A stretch of DNA of 32,554 nucleotides from Oligoflexus sp. (GTDB lineage Bacteria; Bdellovibrionota_B; Oligoflexia; Oligoflexales; Oligoflexaceae), in the NCBI GenBank assembly GCA_041736305.1, contig JBGSTX010000233.1:1-32554 (forward strand), read 5' to 3'. The notes under the pieces are model-generated. The model did not search any database and was not told where the DNA came from. It was given only the letters and a program-made list of their open reading frames with translations. Of the stretch, positions 26,816 to 32,554 are shown piece by piece (the first letter of the stretch is position 1; every line of letters begins with the position of its first letter). The position numbers were made by a program, and so were the translations under genes.

Positions 26816-27925
26816 TTACATCTTAACAGTGACGAATCCAGAGAAGCGGGTCGTGTCTTCTTTTGAAGTGAAGCGCTGACCGGTTTCTTCGAGAGTATCA
26901 TTGCGCTCGCCTCTGAGGTAGCTAGCATTGGCACCGATGTAGGTCATACGGTCGATGGCCAAAACACCTTCGAGACTGCCGCCATAAAGGTTGGCAAGAC
27001 GGTAACCGAGGCCGGCTTCTTCTTCACCCATAGCCGTGGTTGCAGCACCTTTGTACTCAGCAGCCAAAGCGATGTGTGAACGATTCTCAGTCCAGAAAGT
27101 TCCGACGACTTTTGCCGCGAGACGGTCCTGATTATCGTACTCTTCGAAGAGAGGAACTGCACCTTTGACGTTAGCGTCGTAGCGAGACAAGGAGATAGCA
27201 GACATCAGACTGAAGGTATCAGTAAGATTACCACGTGCGTAAACAGTTCCCATAGCTGGGAGGTAGATTGCGCGCTCGTTAGGGCCTGCACTTGTGGCCA
27301 ACGCCAGCGAACCTTCGCGATCAGTTGAGATCACTTCGTTTTCTTGAACTTCACCCGTGTAAGCAATACCGACTTCATAGCTCGGCATGTGGTAGGCGAG
27401 GCCTACGATGGGACGAGTGTAGTTGTATCTGAAGTCTTTGGTTTCGATCACTTTTTCGTCGACTTCAAGATCGCTGAACTCAACGCCCAGACCAGCGGTG
27501 AAGTACTTACCGAAGATGTAAGCTACTTCTGGCGTGAACTTGGTCGATTGGAAGTCTTCCTTGATTTCAACGCCACCGCGTCCCTCGTTTTTAGCCGAGA
27601 GGTAGCTGCCTCTGATACCAAATGTCCAGTCTTGCCCGCCGTAGGCTAGACCGAAAGTACCCACGGGCGTGCTCAAGTCAGAGCGAACACCCTGGTTTTT
27701 CAAATCGCTGTTTTGCAGCTCGGCCTCGACTCGAGCGCGCAGACCAAGGTTTTCATGGAGTTGAGATGGAGACACTTCCTCGAGTCCACCGATCAGAAGA
27801 CGATCGCGTTTAGCATAGTCGCGAACTGTGGTGTTCACCGGATACAGGCCTTCGCCCTCGGTCTGAGCCTGGGCCACGGTGGCTCCTACTACCATACAAA
27901 AACTTAAAAACTTCATCGTTTTCAT
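26816..27925 (-). CDS. Putative outer-membrane beta-barrel protein
   Basis: Signal peptide ending AQA; repeated amphipathic Gly/aromatic strands; ends FSGFVTVKM. Confidence 0.7.
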   Translation of the reverse strand: MKTMKFLSFCMVVGATVAQAQTEGEGLYPVNTTVRDYAKRDRLLIGGLEEVSPSQLHENLGLRARVEAELQNSDLKNQGVRSDLSTPVGTFGLAYGGQDWTFGIRGSYLSAKNEGRGGVEIKEDFQSTKFTPEVAYIFGKYFTAGLGVEFSDLEVDEKVIETKDFRYNYTRPIVGLAYHMPSYEVGIAYTGEVQENEVISTDREGSLALATSAGPNERAIYLPAMGTVYARGNLTDTFSLMSAISLSRYDANVKGAVPLFEEYDNQDRLAAKVVGTFWTENRSHIALAAEYKGAATTAMGEEEAGLGYRLANLYGGSLEGVLAIDRMTYIGANASYLRGERNDTLEETGQRFTSKEDTTRFSGFVTVKM

Positions 27926-28259
27926 TTTTCGTTTCCTTTGTCTTAAAACAGCACCACTACTTCACATACAAAAATCTTGCCGAGCAGGCAATTGCTATCG
28001 TGACAAGTCCAGCTTGTGGGACGCGAGTTGGCCTGTATACTTGCTGCACCTTTTCTAACTTGTGGTTTTTCATGTGAAAAAAAATTTTTCCCGCTAGGAC
28101 TTTAAGGCTGTACGAATCTTAATCTCTTGGCCAGCTAGCCGAATTTTTTAATGTTAAAAATCTGCAATATGCCTGCACGCAGCCAGTCCTCCCTTTAGCG
28201 ACCCAAAAAAGTTTTTTGACATGATTAAACCCCTCTTCGGCCATTGAAGGACCTCTATC

Positions 28260-28883
28260 ATGACGACACAGAAAGCCCTGCTTGCAGTTTTTTCCCTGGC
28301 GACCAGCAGCTTCGCCCTGGCTAGCCCAGCTGAGATCTCAAATGTCAGACTGAGCGGCGACTGCGCATTCGATGATATTCATGTCGAAGAAGAAGGCGGT
28401 GAATATTTTATCGTAGCTGCCTTTGATTCCATCACAGCCCAATCTTTTTCAGGCCAACCTAATGAGAAGAAGCGCTGCACGATGGACTACGATTTGCGCC
28501 TCGCTCCTGGATACAGTCTCGAACTCTTCCAGTTTTCCGTGAACGGAGTTTATCAGCTCTCTGATCAGGGGACGGCGCGCCTGACGGTTTCCCATCGAGC
28601 TGCCAATGGCAAGAGCGTGCGGGTCACAGAATTTTTCTCGCAATCGCAGGGCCATGCCCCTTTCGGAGATATCAATGATCAGACGGGCGACATCACCCGC
28701 TTCGATCTGCAGCCGGTCTATCAGGGCTGCGGCGCGCAGATTCCACTTAATACTTCAATTTTCGCCCAAGCCTCGCAACCCAATACTGATCAGTCCGGGC
28801 AAACCCTCATCTCACTCGATGACGGTACGAGCTCAGCCTATTACAAGCTTTGCAAAATCCAAGTCCAAGCTTGCCGCCCCTAG
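28260..28883 (+). CDS. Secreted protein, DUF4360-like
   Basis: Signal peptide; LSGDC...AFDSITA...KKRCTMDYDLRLAPGYS...NGVYQL pattern. Confidence 0.6.
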   Translation: MTTQKALLAVFSLATSSFALASPAEISNVRLSGDCAFDDIHVEEEGGEYFIVAAFDSITAQSFSGQPNEKKRCTMDYDLRLAPGYSLELFQFSVNGVYQLSDQGTARLTVSHRAANGKSVRVTEFFSQSQGHAPFGDINDQTGDITRFDLQPVYQGCGAQIPLNTSIFAQASQPNTDQSGQTLISLDDGTSSAYYKLCKIQVQACRP

Positions 28884-28892
28884 GAGGGATGT

Positions 28893-29441
28893 ATGAAAAC
28901 AGCTCTTGTCTTAACGAGCCTGGCCCTTTTTCAGACTTCGATGCTCGAGGCAGCGACGGAAGCCTCGGTCAGCATCGTCTCCCCTGACCCACTCGAATGC
29001 CCCCTTTTGAGCAGTGCCGAGAAGATTTCTGCTCGCTGCCGGCTCGGCTCACTCCGCATCCATCTACCTCAAGGACAACGTCTAACGGAGCTGAGCTTAG
29101 CGGCCGAATTTGAAACGGAACTAAAAGCCCTCGGCGACCTCGCCGGTGTGGTGCTGCGGGTCAAGACTCGCAAAAAAACTTACAGCGCCAGCAGCTATGT
29201 GAAAATCGAGGACCTCGACCGCGATCCATTACCTGTAAACGAGGTCAAAGTGAGCCTCGAACTACCGCCGATCTCAGCCTGTGATAAAGATCTAGACTTG
29301 GATCTGCCTCTGCAAGCCAGTTACTCGGTCAACTTTGTTCAGGGCAGCAGCGAAGTACCACCTCTTAAGTTCAAGTCCGTATCGATCCTCAGTAAAAAAT
29401 TCGAAACCATCACCTGTCCTCGTCAAGGAGATGCACCATGA
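28893..29441 (+). CDS. Secreted hypothetical protein, possibly a divergent DUF4360-like paralog
   Basis: Signal peptide; four Cys; CRLGSLRIHLPQGQRL echoes the neighbours; ATGA overlap downstream. Confidence 0.6.
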   Translation: MKTALVLTSLALFQTSMLEAATEASVSIVSPDPLECPLLSSAEKISARCRLGSLRIHLPQGQRLTELSLAAEFETELKALGDLAGVVLRVKTRKKTYSASSYVKIEDLDRDPLPVNEVKVSLELPPISACDKDLDLDLPLQASYSVNFVQGSSEVPPLKFKSVSILSKKFETITCPRQGDAP

Positions 29442-30352
29442 AGTTTGCCCCAGTTTTTATGATCAGCCACCTGCTCCTCGCTCCGTTCGCCTTTGCTGAA
29501 AAAGAACAGGGAGTCGTCAGCTTCCAGGCCTCGCCCGAATGCGGTCCCGTCGAAACCCGCGCGGAAGCCGTGCCGGAAAATGATGATCCCTCGCAGGGAA
29601 TCATAGGCGAAGCCTGTCGTGCCAACTTCAGTGATTTTAACGCTACTGTCTCTGCCGGCAGCTCTATGCAGAAGAGCTGCCACCTCGAAGCGCTTATCAA
29701 GGTTCCGCCCGGCAAACAGTTCAGAGCCACGGCAGCGAGCGTGGAAGGAATATATAGGACGAGTCCGGATACCTGGGGTTCAGTTAATCTCAGCTACAGT
29801 CTCGACGCCACCGGTGGCTTTGCTTCGCAAGGCCAAGGCATATCGGGTGCTACGCAAGGCGATTTCAATATCTATGCGCAGATCGATAGGCAAGAATTCA
29901 CCAACTGCTCGGACCAGGTCCAGTATGTTCGGCTTTCTTCCGATATTAGCTTGAATCTGAGAGATTACGGCAACGGAGCTGAATCTATGATCGATGTCGA
30001 TGCTGCCGGACGCAGTCAGGAGCTCAGCTGGAACTGGCAGTGGAAGGGCTGCAGCATTAGCAAATACAACCGAACTCTTATCAGCTACTACAAAGCCTAC
30101 AATCAGCGCAACTATCGCGCTGTCATCAACTTGAACGGCAGCTCCGGCACCTACGTATCGGATGCGGGCTTTACTGGCTACTTCTACGATGTTCGCTATT
30201 CAGAGGGCGGCACGGTAGCCGAAGGACGCTGGAACGCTAGCGGCAAAGAAGGATGGTTTCGTTTCAAGATGTACGATACGAGCTACGGTGAGTTCAGAGG
30301 TGAGTGGGGTGATGATACGGGCGCTCAAGGACAATGGTGGGGTTCTTTCTAA
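29438..30352 (+). CDS. Secreted DUF4360-like protein with aromatic-rich C-terminal beta domain
   Basis: Signal peptide; NFSDFNA...QKSCHLEALIKVPPGKQF...EGIY; C-terminus rich in W, Y and G. Confidence 0.62.
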   Translation: MKFAPVFMISHLLLAPFAFAEKEQGVVSFQASPECGPVETRAEAVPENDDPSQGIIGEACRANFSDFNATVSAGSSMQKSCHLEALIKVPPGKQFRATAASVEGIYRTSPDTWGSVNLSYSLDATGGFASQGQGISGATQGDFNIYAQIDRQEFTNCSDQVQYVRLSSDISLNLRDYGNGAESMIDVDAAGRSQELSWNWQWKGCSISKYNRTLISYYKAYNQRNYRAVINLNGSSGTYVSDAGFTGYFYDVRYSEGGTVAEGRWNASGKEGWFRFKMYDTSYGEFRGEWGDDTGAQGQWWGSF

Positions 30353-30550
30353 GAGATCTTCGTGAGCAAAGTTTACGAGTGGGACTCTTTGCTCATGAAC
30401 GAAGCCCGTCCAGCATACTGGCATTCTCAGGAGGATGCCAGATGAGGAGAGACCCTTCGAAGAGCACTGCTGAGCCCACCCGGCGGCGAATTACCTTGCA
30501 CAGCCTCTCCAGGTTTGCTTAGCTGAGGCGAAACCAAGCTAGGAGTTCCT

Positions 30551-31057
30551 ATGTACTTTGAAATGACAGTCACGCAATTTACTAAGATGCTGCAAAACTT
30601 TTCGGCTTTCATGGATAAAGCGGCTCACTATGCTGAGACTAAAAAAATCGATATGGATGTTTTGCTGAATGCTCGTTTGGCGCCGGATCAATTTAACTTT
30701 ATTCGCCAGGTCCAAATTGCCTGTGATACGGCGAAAATGGGTGCCTCGCGCTTGACCGGCAAAGATGCTCCTACCCATGCCGATACGGAGAAAACCCTGC
30801 CAGAGCTAAAGGCTCGCATCGAGAGCACTGTAGCCTATTTGAAAACATTCTCGCCCAAGGATTATATGGAAACCGCCGGTCGCAAGGTGAGTCAGCCACG
30901 TTGGGAAGGCAAATGGATCAGCGGCGAAGAGTTTGCCACGCAGCATGTGATTCCGAATTTTTATTTCCATGTCACCACAGCTTACGCGATTTTGAGGCAT
31001 AATGGAGTCGATGTCGGCAAAAAAGATTTTCTAGGCCCGATGCCCTTTAAACAGTAA
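30551..31057 (+). CDS. DUF1993 family protein
   Basis: LLNARLAPDQF...QVQIACDTAK...PNFYFHVTTAYAILRHNGVDVGKKDFLG; RBS AGGAG. Confidence 0.92.
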   Translation: MYFEMTVTQFTKMLQNFSAFMDKAAHYAETKKIDMDVLLNARLAPDQFNFIRQVQIACDTAKMGASRLTGKDAPTHADTEKTLPELKARIESTVAYLKTFSPKDYMETAGRKVSQPRWEGKWISGEEFATQHVIPNFYFHVTTAYAILRHNGVDVGKKDFLGPMPFKQ

Positions 31058-31192
31058 GTACTCTCCGGGCGTTCTAAGCCGCCTTCGTCGACCTGCAAAA
31101 GCACGCCTACGACCTCGACAAAATTCGCCACAACAGTGCTCTCCTCAGCCTCAGCAAAACTCTGAAGCCGGGAGAGCAAACTGAAATTGACT

Positions 31193-31642
31193 TCAATCTC
31201 CTAACTTACCGCCAAATTCCTTATAGAGATCGTAGATCTCTTTGAACTGAGCCTTATCTGCTGTTGTCAGCTTACCCTCAGGGGCCAACTCTGTTTCTAT
31301 CGACTGAACATCGGCGACTACGATTGACAGAGCGAAGGATGCAAGGCCCGCACTCCCGCTTGCCGATTGCGGATCGGTGATTTTAGGCAGACGCAAAATC
31401 AGCTCTTGACGGTTTTTTTCGAGGAGCGCAATAGCCTCATCGAGTTCGACACTAGTTTGTTTGATGCGCTTGAAGCCGACGAGATACTTCTTGACCTCCT
31501 GCAAACGATAGATCGTCCTAATAGTTGAAACCGCATTTTCCTCCGCCTGGCTGCTTTCAATAGCAGCCAGTAGCGGCGAGGGTGCGGCAGCGGCAAGTGC
31601 GAGATAAATAGCTAAGAGATGCTTATAGCTTGGAATCTTCAT
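31193..31642 (-). CDS. Secreted helical hypothetical protein
   Basis: RBS AGGAGG; signal peptide; helical composition. Confidence 0.7.
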   Translation of the reverse strand: MKIPSYKHLLAIYLALAAAAPSPLLAAIESSQAEENAVSTIRTIYRLQEVKKYLVGFKRIKQTSVELDEAIALLEKNRQELILRLPKITDPQSASGSAGLASFALSIVVADVQSIETELAPEGKLTTADKAQFKEIYDLYKEFGGKLGD

Positions 31643-31677
31643 ACGGCAAACCTCCTTGGAATTTTGAAACAGACGTG

Positions 31678-31712
31678 AGCATCGAGAGCCCCTCCTCGGG
31701 AGCTTCGATGCT
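31678..31712. terminator. Intergenic hairpin
   Basis: AGCATCGA...TCGATGCT outer stem with imperfect inner pairing; no clear T run. Confidence 0.4.
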
Positions 31713-31737
31713 GGAGCACTTTTCTACTCAAACGAGA

Positions 31738-32265
31738 TCAGGGACAGCCGGCCTTGGTCCTGGCTTTAGCCAGATTGTTGACCGTATAATCTACCTTGCC
31801 TCTCCAAAGCGGATCCTTGTTGACAGGAAAGCCTAGGGTGAGATCAGCCGAAGCCAGATTGATAGCGGCATCGCCCGTATAGCTGCAGCCGAAGCCAAAG
31901 CTAAAATTGACTTCGATCCCCTGAGCGTAACGAGAAAGATAGAAACGAGCCTGATTGAGGTCTCCCCCTACCTCGGCCAGTATCCCTAAAGCCGCGTTAG
32001 GATCTCCTTCATCTTGCGCGTCGGCTTCGCAGAAGGTGCAGATGCCGCCTCCCGACCCAGGTCCACTGGGTCCACCGGGTCCAGGATTGCTGGGACCTGG
32101 TCCAGTAGGACGTCCGCCGTTGCTAGCTACGAAGGATTTCAGTTGGGCAATATCAGACTCTGCTTGACTGATGGCCTGTAGAAGAGGACCGACGTCCGCT
32201 GCGTAAGCCTGTGAACCTAGACCGACCAGAGTGAGTACCGATAGCGCTACATTTTTCATCGACAT
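31738..32265 (-). CDS. Secreted hypothetical protein with Pro/Gly linker
   Basis: RBS AAGGAG; signal ending AYA; GRPTGPGPSNPGPGGPSGPGSGGG, CTFC, terminal GCP. Confidence 0.75.
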   Translation of the reverse strand: MSMKNVALSVLTLVGLGSQAYAADVGPLLQAISQAESDIAQLKSFVASNGGRPTGPGPSNPGPGGPSGPGSGGGICTFCEADAQDEGDPNAALGILAEVGGDLNQARFYLSRYAQGIEVNFSFGFGCSYTGDAAINLASADLTLGFPVNKDPLWRGKVDYTVNNLAKARTKAGCP

Positions 32266-32291
32266 GAGAAAACTCCTTTAAAAAACGTGTT

Positions 32292-32554
32292 TTAGAAGCA
32301 GTTGGGCAAGAGCGAAATGATTCTAGAAGTCGCGCGCTCGGTACCATCGAAGGTCGAAGGGCGAGCCACACCACGGGCAGCCCAGTAGATCGTTGCGCGA
32401 GCGTCAGGGATAGCATTCATAGTCCGCCGAGAAAGATTGCAGGCCTCCTGAGCTGGTCCCCCGCCTCCGGTCGGCGGCTGCTGAGCCGCTTCGCGAGCGA
32501 GCCGGCCAATTTCTTGAGCGCGGTCGGCGAAGATAAGCAGATGCTGGACAACGA
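32292..32554 (-). CDS. Hypothetical protein, 3' end only (start lies beyond the window)
   Basis: Not in the ORF track. Open frame from the edge: VVQHLLIFADRAQEIGRLAREAAQQPPTGGGGPAQEACNLSRR...ISLLPNCF, stop 26 nt before the next ATG. Confidence 0.65.
   Translation of the reverse strand, partial: VVQHLLIFADRAQEIGRLAREAAQQPPTGGGGPAQEACNLSRRTMNAIPDARATIYWAARGVARPSTFDGTERATSRIISLLPNCF

Noticed and set aside
27995-28050. GGGACGC resembling a c-di-GMP-I riboswitch, and a sigma54-like TGGC...TTGC
   Set aside because: The GNRA-loop P2 stem and GCAAA context are missing, and the GG-to-GC spacing is 11 rather than 10
32153-32416. 87-aa minus-strand ORF in the track
   Set aside because: It overlaps two better-supported minus-strand genes in other frames

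Overview
Bacterial chromosomal region of roughly 50% GC with about 31 protein genes. I could not support any rRNA, tRNA, CRISPR array or mobile element. Gene content (many Sec, Tat and lipoprotein hypotheticals, DUF1501, DUF4360-like and DUF1993 genes, sigma28- and sigma54-like promoters) suggests Oligoflexia/Bdellovibrionota; this is inference only. Two accessory systems stand out. (1) 11410-16899, minus strand: a five-gene operon with three signal-peptide proteins (two of them helical/coiled-coil), then a Sec-signal polymorphic toxin with a pre-toxin-TG-like linker and a low-GC EndoU-type RNase tip, then a low-GC immunity gene. It has no recognisable Rhs, CDI, T6SS or LXG delivery parts. (2) 22745-24370, plus strand: a GrrM/OscB-type radical SAM/SPASM cyclophane (triceptide) maturase beside a precursor whose core is 12 uninterrupted W-x-D/N triplets. 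Other content: a partial Baeyer-Villiger monooxygenase, an MBL hydrolase, DUF2239 with a candidate operator, a coiled-coil lipoprotein paired with a LysM beta-barrel, beta-carbonic anhydrase, a di-heme/lipoprotein/DUF1501 operon, a metallophosphoesterase with an outer-membrane protein, a DTW tRNA-modifying enzyme, an orphan histidine kinase, a 2OG-Fe(II) oxygenase, RadD helicase and several secreted hypotheticals. Family names come from motif recognition by eye, not from database searches.
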